Assembly: GCA_963727805.1 (NCBI GenBank)
Contig: CAVSHF010000003.1
Coordinates: 949,698-1,013,697, forward strand
Length of the DNA stretch: 64,000 nt
Source of the DNA: an uncultured Nitrospiraceae bacterium
GTDB lineage: Bacteria > Nitrospirota > Thermodesulfovibrionia > Thermodesulfovibrionales > Dissulfurispiraceae
Direction of reading: 5' to 3'
Below, piece by piece: positions 19,698-29,564 of the stretch. Under the pieces are notes generated by a model. That model was not told the origin of the DNA. It saw only the letters and a program-made list of their open reading frames with translations, and made no database searches. Numbering within the stretch: position 1 is the first letter of the stretch; each line of letters begins with the position of its first letter. Made by a program: the position numbers and the translations under genes.

Positions 19698-20615
19698 CTA
19701 TTTCTTTGTGTAATATTTGTAAAGTTGGCGGTCTAATTCTTGGAAACGACGAGATATGGTATGAATGACCAATCCAGTAAAGCAGATAATCAATCCGGTT
19801 AAGACAAGACCTACGGCAAGTATAGCAGAGGGCATTCGGCTAATGAAGCCTGTTTTAATAAACTCATTGATGACAAGAATACCAGGTATTAACCCTAAAA
19901 TTATGAAGAACAGTCCTAAGATGCCGAAGGCAGTCAATGGCTTATAATCCCTAAAGAATGCAAGTATAGTATTAAATATCAGAAAGCCGTCGCCCCAAAT
20001 CCTGATCTTGGACATGCTACCGTCAGGGCGCGCTGATAAATCTATCGGTATTTCTATAATCCTGTAGTTCCGTTCGAGGCTTGCAATCGTAATTTCGGTG
20101 TCCACTTCAAAACCACGGCTTGTAATTGGCAAATGTTTAACGACATCCCTGCTAAAAGCCCTGTATCCAGACAACAAATCGGTTATTTCAACTCTAAAAA
20201 TTGAATTCGTGAGAAATAAAAATACACGGTTTCCTATCCTGTTTATTAGGTGAAAATGACTTTTAGCCGACGGATGGAGGCGCGATCCGATAACCATATC
20301 TGCATCGCCGCTTAGAATGGGTGAGATAAGATCTTCTACCTTATTCGCAGGGTATGTCCCATCACCGTCGACAAGTATATAAATGTCAGCCTCAATTTCT
20401 CTGAACATTGTGCTAATAACATTACCTTTACCCTGTCTTCTTTCGAAGCGGACGATCGCACCTGCGTCCTTTGCCTGATCTGCCGTTCTGTCAGTAGAAT
20501 TATTGTCGTAGACATATACTTCAGCATCAGGAAGCTGCAATTTGAAGTCAGTCACGACCTGCCTAATTGTCATTTCTTCGTTAAAACAAGGTATTAAGAC
20601 TGCAATTTTCCCCAT
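19698..20615 (-). CDS. Family-2 glycosyltransferase (polyprenyl-phosphate sugar synthase-like) with C-terminal TM helices
   Basis: 305 aa. Contains LIPCFNEE, YDNNSTDRT and VDGDGTY motifs, with two C-terminal hydrophobic helices. Confidence 0.85.
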   Translation of the reverse strand: MGKIAVLIPCFNEEMTIRQVVTDFKLQLPDAEVYVYDNNSTDRTADQAKDAGAIVRFERRQGKGNVISTMFREIEADIYILVDGDGTYPANKVEDLISPILSGDADMVIGSRLHPSAKSHFHLINRIGNRVFLFLTNSIFRVEITDLLSGYRAFSRDVVKHLPITSRGFEVDTEITIASLERNYRIIEIPIDLSARPDGSMSKIRIWGDGFLIFNTILAFFRDYKPLTAFGILGLFFIILGLIPGILVINEFIKTGFISRMPSAILAVGLVLTGLIICFTGLVIHTISRRFQELDRQLYKYYTKK

Positions 20616-20668
20616 TGATTAGTATATATCATTCTCGCATGGTTTTAAATGTATGTTAAAATATTTCG

Positions 20669-22855
20669 ATGAGGAAATCGACCAATAAGAACAACGCGTT
20701 TAACACCCCTATTACTACTCAAATTAGCCATGAAGAACCAGCAGACAAGACCGTTTATCGCAAGATGGCTGTCCATATCGCCTGCATCATAATCATTGGC
20801 ATTTTAGCCTATTCAAATACCTTAAACTCGCCATTTGTATTTGATGATTATGAATATATTGTAAATAATTCCGTGATAAAAGAACTGACGGTATCCCCTG
20901 ATCCTGCTAAAATAATTTCTCTCCCGTACGATCTAAAAAAACAGTTCTGGAACCGAATATTAGGACATTTGTCATTTGCGCTTAATTACAAGATACATGG
21001 GCTGGATGTAAAAGGCTATCACCTGTTTAATCTAACAATACATTTAGTTAACGCGCTTCTGATTTACGTGCTCATACAGTTAACTTTTAAAACTCCTTTT
21101 ATCTTGTCCAGAACAAAGTTTGACCCATCTTTCGACCCAGGGATGAGCAAGTCAATCTCATTTATATGTGCGCTACTGTTTACTATTCACCCAATACAGA
21201 CTGAGGCCGTATCCTACATTAGCCAGAGGCTTACCTCTTTGGCGACGCTTTTTTACTTTGTTGCATTAATTTTTTATGTCAAATCAAGATATTCGAAGAC
21301 AGCCTATGTTTCTGTGAATTATTTTATTGCGCTTGTCGCAACTATTTTTGCCATGAAGACAAAAGAAATTTCATTTACATTGCCAATTTGCATATCCGTT
21401 TACGAATTCATGTTTTTCACTGGTGCTTGGAAGAAAAGACTCGCATATCTATTGCCTTTCATACTAACAATGTTTATTATCCCGCTAACTCTCTTGCCAA
21501 CGGACACATTAGGCTCACTGTTTAACGGTATTGGCCAGGCATCAAAAGAAACAGTGTCAATTTCTCGGCTGGATTATCTGTATACACAGTTCAGCGTGAT
21601 CGCTACATATTTAAGACTCCTCGTTCTGCCAGTCAACCAAAACTTGGATTATGACTATCCCGTATATCACTCCCTCGCTGTCCCCACTGTGTATCTATCA
21701 TTTCTTCTGCTTCTGCTGATTATTGCCATCGCATTTTTTCTTCTTCATCTCTCGCGAAAAAATCGGAGCTTATCGTGGTGCTATCGTTTAATCTCTTTCG
21801 GTATTTTCTATTCCTTCATAACGATTTCTGTCGAATCGAGCATAATACCAATAAAAGACGTCATATTTGAACATAGAATGTATCTGCCATTTTTTGGTTT
21901 TTCTTTGAGTGTAGCGACAGGGCTCATAGCTTTTAGAAGAAACTTAAATGGACCTATATTTTCCGGGATCGCAATTCTGGCAACTCTTGTCGTGGTGGTT
22001 ATCTTGACAGGTACAACTTACTTACGAAATATGATATGGAGCAGTCCCATTGCATTATGGCAGGACACTGTCGAAAAAAGCCCGTCGAAATCCCAAGCTC
22101 ACAATAATCTTGGCCTTAGTTATGCTAAGGTGGGTAGAATTGATGATGCTATCAAAGAATATCGCATTGCAATAACTCTAAAGCCTGATCATCCCGAAGC
22201 ACATAATAATCTTGGCGTAAATTATTCTAAGATAGGTAGGATAGATGACGCCATTAAAGAATTTCTCTTAGTTATTGCTCTGAATCCTGATAATCCCGAA
22301 GCGCATAATAATCTTGGCGTAAATTATTCTAAGATAGGTAGGATAGATGACGCCATTAAAGAATTTCTCTTGGCGATAAGATTAAGGCCGTATTATACAG
22401 AAGTGCATAATAATCTCGCCATTTCTTACGAGAATAAAGGAGAATTTAGTAACGCTATAACAGAATATTCGATAATATCGAAATTGGATCCCGAAACTGC
22501 CGAAATACATAATAAACTTGGAGCTCTTTACCGTAGGATGGCCCGTTATGATGATGCCCGTGTGGAATATCTGAAAGCTATCAAACTTAAACCTGATTTT
22601 GTCGCTGCACACAATAATCTCGGATTTATTTATGAGCAACAGGGTCATCTTGATGACGCAATAAAGGAATACCTCATCGCCGTTAAAATCAAGCCAGATC
22701 TTGATGAAGCTCACTTTGGTCTTGGATTATGTTACTTAAGAAAGAATCAGCGTGATAACGCTCTGGCGGAATTTACAACAGCCCTTAAGATTAGTCCACA
22801 GTTTGTAGAAGCCCGTAAGTATGTTGAATATTTATCAAAGAGCGAACGACGCTGA
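20669..22855 (+). CDS. Polytopic membrane protein (PMT/ArnT-like glycosyltransferase fold) with a C-terminal TPR array
   Basis: 728 aa. About 450 aa of multi-TM region is followed by about eight 34-aa TPR units of the form AHNNLG...G..DDAI.EY..A....P. Confidence 0.75.
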   Translation: MRKSTNKNNAFNTPITTQISHEEPADKTVYRKMAVHIACIIIIGILAYSNTLNSPFVFDDYEYIVNNSVIKELTVSPDPAKIISLPYDLKKQFWNRILGHLSFALNYKIHGLDVKGYHLFNLTIHLVNALLIYVLIQLTFKTPFILSRTKFDPSFDPGMSKSISFICALLFTIHPIQTEAVSYISQRLTSLATLFYFVALIFYVKSRYSKTAYVSVNYFIALVATIFAMKTKEISFTLPICISVYEFMFFTGAWKKRLAYLLPFILTMFIIPLTLLPTDTLGSLFNGIGQASKETVSISRLDYLYTQFSVIATYLRLLVLPVNQNLDYDYPVYHSLAVPTVYLSFLLLLLIIAIAFFLLHLSRKNRSLSWCYRLISFGIFYSFITISVESSIIPIKDVIFEHRMYLPFFGFSLSVATGLIAFRRNLNGPIFSGIAILATLVVVVILTGTTYLRNMIWSSPIALWQDTVEKSPSKSQAHNNLGLSYAKVGRIDDAIKEYRIAITLKPDHPEAHNNLGVNYSKIGRIDDAIKEFLLVIALNPDNPEAHNNLGVNYSKIGRIDDAIKEFLLAIRLRPYYTEVHNNLAISYENKGEFSNAITEYSIISKLDPETAEIHNKLGALYRRMARYDDARVEYLKAIKLKPDFVAAHNNLGFIYEQQGHLDDAIKEYLIAVKIKPDLDEAHFGLGLCYLRKNQRDNALAEFTTALKISPQFVEARKYVEYLSKSERR
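22193..22396 (+). repeat. Recent 102-bp tandem duplication (one TPR unit) inside the TPR gene
   Basis: 22193-22269 and 22295-22371 differ at a single base over 77 nt. The copies diverge only in the last ~25 nt of each unit. Confidence 0.9.
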
Positions 22856-22902
22856 TTAGTAAGCTCATCTCTCATAGAGAGCAAGTGAAATTAATGTTGT
22901 AT

Positions 22903-23562
22903 TTATGCGAGGTCCTCACGAAAGCTTTTTCCCACCACAACCCCAATTACCGTTCCGACAATGGCCCCAGCTACAAAATCTGAAAACCAGTGAATGCTTA
23001 TAGATACTCCGAATCCGATGTAGAGCGCATAAGAAAGCGAGAGATATCTTACAATTTTATTTTTTGGATACAGCATCAACAGCGTTACAGACATAGCAAA
23101 AGCAATAGTGGTGTGAGAGGATGGCCAACCCCAAAACACTCCGCCGCGCAGAAAGCCAAAGTCAAATTCACGGCTGATGTCGACAATAGCTGGTGTGCAC
23201 AATCTTGGCGGATGAACTCTCCCGGTGAATGCCTTGTAAAAGGCAGCTATGAGCAAGCCAATGAGTACTGATTGACCTAAAGCGAAGGCTGTATTCATAG
23301 CTCTCAAATTCTTACTCACCTTGCCCACAACAAAAAGAGTGAGTGGTACGATAATTGGCAGACGACTACCAAGAATGACAGCCGGAAAAAGAAGTGATAA
23401 TAAAAGGACGCTTCTGGATGATTTGAAGTAGAGCCAGTCAAAACCAGAGGTTACGAAGATGCATGTAAAAATAATCGCCAACAGATGCCAGAGAAAATTA
23501 TACCCTCCAAAGCATTTGATGATATTCTTGGGTAGACTGTAGAAAAATGCTCGCATGGCCAT
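22903..23562 (-). CDS. PAP2-family membrane phosphatase
   Basis: 219 aa, multi-TM. Contains PAP2 motifs PSSHT and SISIHWFSDFVAG. Confidence 0.75.
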   Translation of the reverse strand: MAMRAFFYSLPKNIIKCFGGYNFLWHLLAIIFTCIFVTSGFDWLYFKSSRSVLLLSLLFPAVILGSRLPIIVPLTLFVVGKVSKNLRAMNTAFALGQSVLIGLLIAAFYKAFTGRVHPPRLCTPAIVDISREFDFGFLRGGVFWGWPSSHTTIAFAMSVTLLMLYPKNKIVRYLSLSYALYIGFGVSISIHWFSDFVAGAIVGTVIGVVVGKSFREDLA

Positions 23563-23939
23563 TTATTGATTACCTTTCCCAAAGGGGCATACCCTGACGC
23601 ATATCCCACAAGTTCTAACTGTGATGCGGACCATATCCCTCACTACAAGGGATCCTCTGCACTCCATTGTAACAGTATCTTATGCGACGGTGGAGAATTT
23701 ATTGATCAGGGGTAATGACTCACTAATTTTCAGTGCAGGCTTTATTGTGTCTCCACGCTTTGCATCGGCATAGCCAGCTGTCTTCCTTGGAACACGTTGC
23801 ATCACGTACAATATCGATATGACGTGATACTCGGCTTTTTTTAATAATTTTCACCAATTGAGTATACTAATAATAAATAACCGTTTGTTAATAACTTTTC
23901 GGCGTGATGCAATCTAGCAGCCGGATGAGGAGGTCTCAT

Positions 23940-25130
23940 ATGAAACGACGCGATTTCCTTAAGGTGGCGGCATTGACCGCAGCCGCTGTGACAACTAGCC
24001 CGCTTTATGCGGAAACAATGACCGAAGTGTCCTCTGTCAAAAGTTATCGTGAAATCGGAAAGACCGGGTTGAAGATGAGCGATATTTCCTTCGGTGCCGG
24101 AAAGCTTTCGGCCGCTTCGATGGTCCTCAGGGCTGTGGATAGTGGCATTAACTATTTTGACACCGCTCCGGATTACGGCCAATCTGAAAATACGATCGGC
24201 GAAGCCATGGGCAAGATCAGAAGAGACAAGATCATCATTACCTCGAAATTCTGCCACCCCCAGCCCTATCCAGGTCATCTCCCTCTGGGTTCGAAGAAGG
24301 AAGATTACATAGCTTCAGTCGAAGGAAGCCTATCTAGGATGAAGACCGATTACCTCGATTTCTGCTTTGTACACGCTATAGGTGAGATGAGCAAGGACCT
24401 GGAAGCCGAGAAAAAAAGGCTCCTTAACGATGAGATGTTCGAAGCCGTGGCTAAACTGAAAAAGGCAGGGAAGATCCGTTTTTTGGGCACCTCTTCTCAC
24501 GGACCTAACAATATGGAGGAACTTCTGATGACTGCGGTCAACGCAGGCCAATTCGATGTGATCCAGCCGTCCTTCAACTTCATGAAGTTTCCGAAGCTGC
24601 CCGAGGTCATGAAGGAAGCCCACAGAAAGGGGGTTGGCGTAATCGCCATGAAAACTCTTGCTGGCGCCAAGGATATGAATGTGGAGGCAAAAGGAGCGGA
24701 GTTTTCCCATGCAGCATTCAAGTGGGTGCTGAAGCATCCGGAGGTGAGCGGCCTTATCGTCACAATGAAGACAGCTTCTGATATCGAGCTCTATCTCAAG
24801 GCTTCGGGGGCAAAATTCACCGCCGCCGATCAGGATGTCCTCGATCGTTATGCCCGTTTGTATGGAAGCGAATACTGCAGAACAGGCTGTGGAGAGTGCG
24901 AGAAATCGTGCGCCCTGGGAGTGGAGATCGCCTCAGTCATGAGATACCGGATGTATTTCATGGACTACGGCATGGAAAAGAGGGCGATGCAGTCCTATGC
25001 CTTGTTGAAAAAGAACGCATCAACCTGCTTCGGATGTGTTGATCCCGGTTGCGTCGGCAGCTGTCCCCATGGTCTCCCTGTGAAGGACATGCTCTGCGAT
25101 GCGCATGAGTCGATGTCGTTCTCAGTCTGA
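23940..25130 (+). CDS. Tat-exported aldo/keto reductase with a C-terminal Cys-rich (Fe-S-like) extension
   Basis: The ORF track begins at 23904, but AGGAGG precedes the ATG at 23940, which yields MKRRDFLKVAAL (a twin-arginine signal). AKR core motifs are NYFDTAPDYG and GTSSHG. The C-terminal part contains CRTGCGECEKSC and CFGC...C...CP. Confidence 0.8.
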   Translation: MKRRDFLKVAALTAAAVTTSPLYAETMTEVSSVKSYREIGKTGLKMSDISFGAGKLSAASMVLRAVDSGINYFDTAPDYGQSENTIGEAMGKIRRDKIIITSKFCHPQPYPGHLPLGSKKEDYIASVEGSLSRMKTDYLDFCFVHAIGEMSKDLEAEKKRLLNDEMFEAVAKLKKAGKIRFLGTSSHGPNNMEELLMTAVNAGQFDVIQPSFNFMKFPKLPEVMKEAHRKGVGVIAMKTLAGAKDMNVEAKGAEFSHAAFKWVLKHPEVSGLIVTMKTASDIELYLKASGAKFTAADQDVLDRYARLYGSEYCRTGCGECEKSCALGVEIASVMRYRMYFMDYGMEKRAMQSYALLKKNASTCFGCVDPGCVGSCPHGLPVKDMLCDAHESMSFSV

Positions 25131-26098
25131 TGAACTCGGTTCCGTTTAAATACCGCCTTCTTCTGATTGGGTTGCTGCCGCTTATCGCCGCAGTCCTATA
25201 TTTCAGAGGCCAGAACTATGATCCAGCCCTGATAGACTTCAATAAAACGGTGCAGCAGGAAGTCCTTGGTTCTGTGGCGTCACCTAAAGTTGCACAAGAG
25301 TTGCAGCCTCTCGCCGTCGCTCAGGATATAGCGGGGTTCCGGAAGTTCGGTGATGAGCATCGTTACACAAAGGAAAATCTTTATGAACATGTTGACGGCC
25401 ATGCGGAATATTTTATCAGTGCCGGGTTTCAAGGGCTTACGGTTACGGAGTACATTGCCGCAGGGTCAAAGGCTACACAGGCGGAAATCCAAGTCGAGGT
25501 CTTTGACATGGGTAAAAGCATTCAAGCCTTCGGGGTCCTGGCGGATGAGTCTGGAGAAAAACCCACTCCGGTCTCTGTTGGAACGATGGGTTACAAGACC
25601 TCAATGGGTATTAACTACATCAAAGGAAGGTATTACGTCAAGATATCGGCCTTCAGCCCTAAGACATCAATAATCAAATTTTCGAAGGGATTCGCTGACA
25701 CTCTTCCAGCGGGACGGGATCCTTTCGAGGTCTTTTCGAAGTTCCCCGATCTCGGAAAGGTCGAAAACACGAGGTTTGCAAAAGAGGGTTATCGCGGTCT
25801 CGATTTCCTCCATAATGTGGTCGAACGTGAATACTCCACAAGTAGTGGCAAGATCAAGGTGGCACTTATGGCAGGCAGTGAACATGAAATGCAATCACTG
25901 CTGTCCTCATTTCTTGACTACTTTGGAAAATCTGGGATGCGATACGAAAGAATCGAAAGGGGCGGATCAGAAGCGTACAAGGTTATGGACAAATATGAGG
26001 GCAACTGGTTTCTTATCCGGTCTCGCGATGCGGTTTTCGGTGTGTTCGGGACGAATGACGAGGGAATCTTGAAATTCTTTATGAAGGACAAGGGTTAA
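25130..26098 (+). CDS. Hypothetical exported or membrane-anchored protein
   Basis: 322 aa with an N-terminal hydrophobic helix. Its start codon overlaps the AKR stop (TGATG). I recognised no motif. Confidence 0.5.
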   Translation: MNSVPFKYRLLLIGLLPLIAAVLYFRGQNYDPALIDFNKTVQQEVLGSVASPKVAQELQPLAVAQDIAGFRKFGDEHRYTKENLYEHVDGHAEYFISAGFQGLTVTEYIAAGSKATQAEIQVEVFDMGKSIQAFGVLADESGEKPTPVSVGTMGYKTSMGINYIKGRYYVKISAFSPKTSIIKFSKGFADTLPAGRDPFEVFSKFPDLGKVENTRFAKEGYRGLDFLHNVVEREYSTSSGKIKVALMAGSEHEMQSLLSSFLDYFGKSGMRYERIERGGSEAYKVMDKYEGNWFLIRSRDAVFGVFGTNDEGILKFFMKDKG

Positions 26099-26118
26099 AA
26101 ACCCGCTGATGTAGTCCT

Positions 26119-27111
26119 ATGTCATCGAAGAACAACAAAAGAGAACCGGACATTAGCAGGAGACAATTTCTCCTGAGAACTGCTGCCACCTGCGGCCTTG
26201 CAGCAACTGCAGCAGTATGGGGATATGTATTTTATAGTGAAGAACCGGTCCGCCGGAGCGTCGGGAGGATACTCACCTTCAAGGACTTCCGCGTCGAAGA
26301 AAAAACAGTCTATCCTAAGCTTGCCGTGGTCCACGGCAAAAATGCGGAGACGATGGTCCGGGCCGCAATCGAAAAGATCGGCGGCATAGGCCGGTTTGTG
26401 AACCCCGGTGAGAAGATCTTACTAAAGCCAAATGTAGCATGGGACAGACAACCAGAACAGGCGGCCAACACCAATCCAGCGGTGGTTGCCGCAGTCGTTA
26501 AGCTTTGTCTGGAGGCACGAGCATCAGAGGTTTGGGTAACAGATGTTTCGGTGAACAATCCCTACAGATGTTTCGCCCGTTCTGGGATCGAAGATGCGGT
26601 GAAGAGAGCGGGCGGAAAGATCAGATTGACTACCGAAAACGACTTTGTCCTTACTGACCTGAAGGGTGAATCTCTCAAGGTTTGGCCTGTAAGCGCCTTT
26701 TACCACCAAGCTGACAAGCTTATCAATTTGCCGGTCGTGAAACACCATTCCCTTAGTAAGTGCACAATGGCCATGAAAAACCTTTATGGCTCCCTCGGCG
26801 GACAGAGGAACCGCCTGCATCAGGACATTAATCCCGCGATCGCAGACCTCGCCTGCGCGATCAGACCGACACTCACTGTCATGGATGCCACGAGGGTACT
26901 CAAGAGAAACGGTCCGACTGGTGGTAACCTCTCGGACGTATCCATAGAGAACACGGTTATCGCTGGAGTGGACATGGTGGCAATTGAGTCTTATGGACTC
27001 AGGTTTCTTGATCTGAAGGTTGAGGATATTCCTTTTATTTTAATGGCGGAAAAGAGAGGCATCGGGATTTCCGACTGGAAATCGCTCAACGTTGCCGAAA
27101 TGAACGTATGA
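26119..27111 (+). CDS. DUF362-domain protein with a Tat signal
   Basis: 330 aa. Contains the twin-arginine motif SRRQFLLRTAA, and LLKPNV...NTNPAVV...KHH is typical of DUF362. Confidence 0.7.
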   Translation: MSSKNNKREPDISRRQFLLRTAATCGLAATAAVWGYVFYSEEPVRRSVGRILTFKDFRVEEKTVYPKLAVVHGKNAETMVRAAIEKIGGIGRFVNPGEKILLKPNVAWDRQPEQAANTNPAVVAAVVKLCLEARASEVWVTDVSVNNPYRCFARSGIEDAVKRAGGKIRLTTENDFVLTDLKGESLKVWPVSAFYHQADKLINLPVVKHHSLSKCTMAMKNLYGSLGGQRNRLHQDINPAIADLACAIRPTLTVMDATRVLKRNGPTGGNLSDVSIENTVIAGVDMVAIESYGLRFLDLKVEDIPFILMAEKRGIGISDWKSLNVAEMNV

Positions 27112-28625
27112 ACCGAAAGATCCTGAGCCTGCGAAATATCAGGAGAATTTACGCCGTCTTTTTCATAGTGCTTTTCGTACTTCTTCTTTGGCTGACGAGT
27201 TTCGGGCGCATGAAGGGGTACGAGACACCGCTGTTTCTGGAACTCGACCCCCTCGCTGCTATCGCCTCTTTTCTCACCAGTTGGACAGTCTATAAGGGGC
27301 TCGCCCTTTCGCTTTTTGTCATTAGCGGAACGCTCTTATTCGGCCGCTTCTTCTGTTCGTGGGTGTGTCCGATGGGCATCATCAACCAGATCGCAGCAAG
27401 CGTCTTCACTAAGCTTAGGGCGGTAGATACCTTTGCACAGAATTCCTATCGACCTCTCTACCGTCTTAAATACTATCTCCTTACTATATTCCTAGCCCTT
27501 GCTGCGTTTGGTTCGCTTCAGATTGGATTACTCGATCCAATTCCATTTTTCACGCGGTCCTTCGCTATCTCAGTATTTCCGATGATTAATAGCAGCCAGG
27601 GCTGGCTCTATCTTAAACAGCCCCTTTTTAATGGTGGAACTTTGCTGGGTATGATCTTTCTTGCGGTGATCTTTGCAAACAGGTTTCTTCCGAAATTATG
27701 GTGTCGTGCGGTCTGTCCCTTGGGTGCTCTTCTCGGACTGCTATCTTACCGGCCTATTCTTAGGATATGGCGCGACGTTGACCTTTGCACCGACTGCAAA
27801 AAATGCCTCGGCCACTGTCACGGCGCATGCGATCCGCATACGGCTCTTCGGGTTTCAGAATGTCACCTTTGTATGAACTGCATCGAAGACTGCCCTGAGG
27901 GCGCAATCCATTACGGCCTGTCAAAACCTTCAAGTTCTGCACAGATGCCTCTCGATGTAAGCCGTCGCAGGCTGATCGAAAGCGCCCTCGCAGGGGCGAT
28001 TCTCCTTCCAATGATGCACAGCACTATCACCTCCAAAACTTCGCCGCAACATCGTGTGATCAGGCCGCCTGGTTCCATTTCCGAAGAAGATTTCCTCCGA
28101 CGGTGCCTCAAGTGTGGAGAATGCATGAAGGTCTGTCCGACCAACGCGATTCAGCCTGCGTTGCTGGAGGCGGGATTCGAGGGGATCTGGACACCAATAC
28201 TGATCAACAGGATCGGCTACTGCGAGTACAACTGTGTGCTATGCAGTCACGTATGCCCAACCGGCGCCATAAGCCCTATTACGGTCGATAAAAAAATTGG
28301 AAAGAGTGCCGGACAGAGGCCGCTCAAGATCGGCACTGCCTTTTACGACCGCGGAAGGTGCCTACCTTGGTCGATGAATATCGAATGTATAGTCTGCGAA
28401 GAGGTCTGCCCCACATCGCCGAAGGCGATTTGGTTTCAGACCTTTGAGGTGGAACTTAGAGATGGAACGACAAAAATGCTGAAGCGCCCTTACGTGGACC
28501 CGAATCTCTGCACCGGTTGCGGGATTTGTGAAAACAAGTGCCCTATCCGTGATCAGGCCGCGGTCCGCATTACCTCTATAGGAGAGACGCGGTCATCAAC
28601 GAACCAAATGATACTCAAGCCCTGA
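27108..28625 (+). CDS. Membrane-bound polyferredoxin (NapH/MauN-like TM module plus several 4Fe-4S motifs)
   Basis: 505 aa, overlapping the DUF362 stop by 4 nt. About 5 TM helices with CSWVCP and CRAVCP motifs, followed by repeated CxxCxxCxxxCP clusters. Confidence 0.8.
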   Translation: MNRKILSLRNIRRIYAVFFIVLFVLLLWLTSFGRMKGYETPLFLELDPLAAIASFLTSWTVYKGLALSLFVISGTLLFGRFFCSWVCPMGIINQIAASVFTKLRAVDTFAQNSYRPLYRLKYYLLTIFLALAAFGSLQIGLLDPIPFFTRSFAISVFPMINSSQGWLYLKQPLFNGGTLLGMIFLAVIFANRFLPKLWCRAVCPLGALLGLLSYRPILRIWRDVDLCTDCKKCLGHCHGACDPHTALRVSECHLCMNCIEDCPEGAIHYGLSKPSSSAQMPLDVSRRRLIESALAGAILLPMMHSTITSKTSPQHRVIRPPGSISEEDFLRRCLKCGECMKVCPTNAIQPALLEAGFEGIWTPILINRIGYCEYNCVLCSHVCPTGAISPITVDKKIGKSAGQRPLKIGTAFYDRGRCLPWSMNIECIVCEEVCPTSPKAIWFQTFEVELRDGTTKMLKRPYVDPNLCTGCGICENKCPIRDQAAVRITSIGETRSSTNQMILKP

Positions 28626-28897
28626 AAAAGATCCAATTCCCCAACTTGTTGGGTCTCGCCACTTCTTTTATCCTGCAAATGTGTGTAACAGACCATTCTT
28701 TTCACCACCCATCGTTCAAAAGTATTAAGTAGAAGTGATAAAGAAACAGATTCGGGATATCACAATTAGCTTCAGATACAGAAGCATTGGATAACGAGGT
28801 TTCGATGGTTTTTCCCGACTATTATCACCTTTCGGGTACAGCTGCACACATGACTTTCAGAAGAACTCAATCCTGCTACCACTGAACAAATCTTTCG

Positions 28898-28906
28898 TGG
28901 TATACT
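28898..28906 (+). promoter_or_regulatory. Candidate extended -10 promoter element (TGgTATACT) for the HU gene
   Basis: TGGTATACT lies 38 nt upstream of the HU ATG. The -35 match is poor. Sequence inspection only. Confidence 0.3.
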
Positions 28907-28943
28907 CTTTGTCATCAATCATCTACCTTTATAGGAGAACAAC

Positions 28944-29213
28944 ATGAACAAAGCAGAACTTGTAGAGAAGTTATCAAAGGACGCCGGGATTTCTAAGGCT
29001 CAGGCAGAGGCAGCCATTAAGTCTTTTAGCGAGGCAGTCGCCAAAACAGCTAAGAAAGATGGCAAGCTTATTCTTGTCGGTTTCGGCACATTCTCGCTGG
29101 CAAAGCGGAAGGCCAGAAAAGGAAGGAACCCCAAAACTGGAGAAGCAATTAAAATCAAGGCCAGCAAGACCGTCAAGTTCGCTGCTGGCAAAAATCTGAA
29201 AGCGATCCTATAG
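28944..29213 (+). CDS. hup: HU-family nucleoid DNA-binding protein
   Basis: 89 aa. MNKAELV...GFGTF...RKARKGRNPKTGE.I.I is a classic HU signature. Confidence 0.9.
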   Translation: MNKAELVEKLSKDAGISKAQAEAAIKSFSEAVAKTAKKDGKLILVGFGTFSLAKRKARKGRNPKTGEAIKIKASKTVKFAAGKNLKAIL

Positions 29214-29219
29214 TGCAAC

Positions 29220-29260
29220 AATATCCCCCTGTTTCACTTATATTGAAACAGGGGGATATT
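29220..29260. terminator. Perfect 17-bp hairpin between convergent genes (bidirectional terminator candidate)
   Basis: AATATCCCCCTGTTTCA (29220-29236), a 7-nt loop, then TGAAACAGGGGGATATT (29244-29260). It sits between the HU stop and the stop of the minus-strand 73-aa gene. Confidence 0.7.
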
Positions 29261-29290
29261 CTTAAATTCAGTTTAAAACAACGCCGAGAT

Positions 29291-29512
29291 TTACTTTGCT
29301 GGTTTCATCTGCTCGCCACAACAGATTATATCGCAGAAATCAACACAGCCGCAAACTTCATCTACGGTCACGGCAAGGCCGCATACACCACATTCATAAT
29401 GGTTACCACTCTTGAGCTCCTTCTGTTGCTTTGGTGCTGTCTTTTTTGCAGTTGTCTTCGTCTTCGCTGCCTTTACCGCCTTTGAAGTTGATACTTTTTT
29501 CTTTGTCGCCAT
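29291..29512 (-). CDS. Lysine-rich (histone-H1-like tail) protein with a desulforedoxin-like Cys domain
   Basis: 73 aa with AAGGAGG upstream of the ATG. The N-terminal ~33 aa are K/A/T-rich. The C-terminal YECGVCG...ICCGEQM matches the desulforedoxin (Dfx N-terminal) CxxC...CC pattern, with 8 Cys in total. Confidence 0.6.
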   Translation of the reverse strand: MATKKKVSTSKAVKAAKTKTTAKKTAPKQQKELKSGNHYECGVCGLAVTVDEVCGCVDFCDIICCGEQMKPAK

Positions 29513-29564
29513 CTTTCCTCCTTTTAAAAAAGTTTATTAATATAAATATAGCAACTACTTTATC

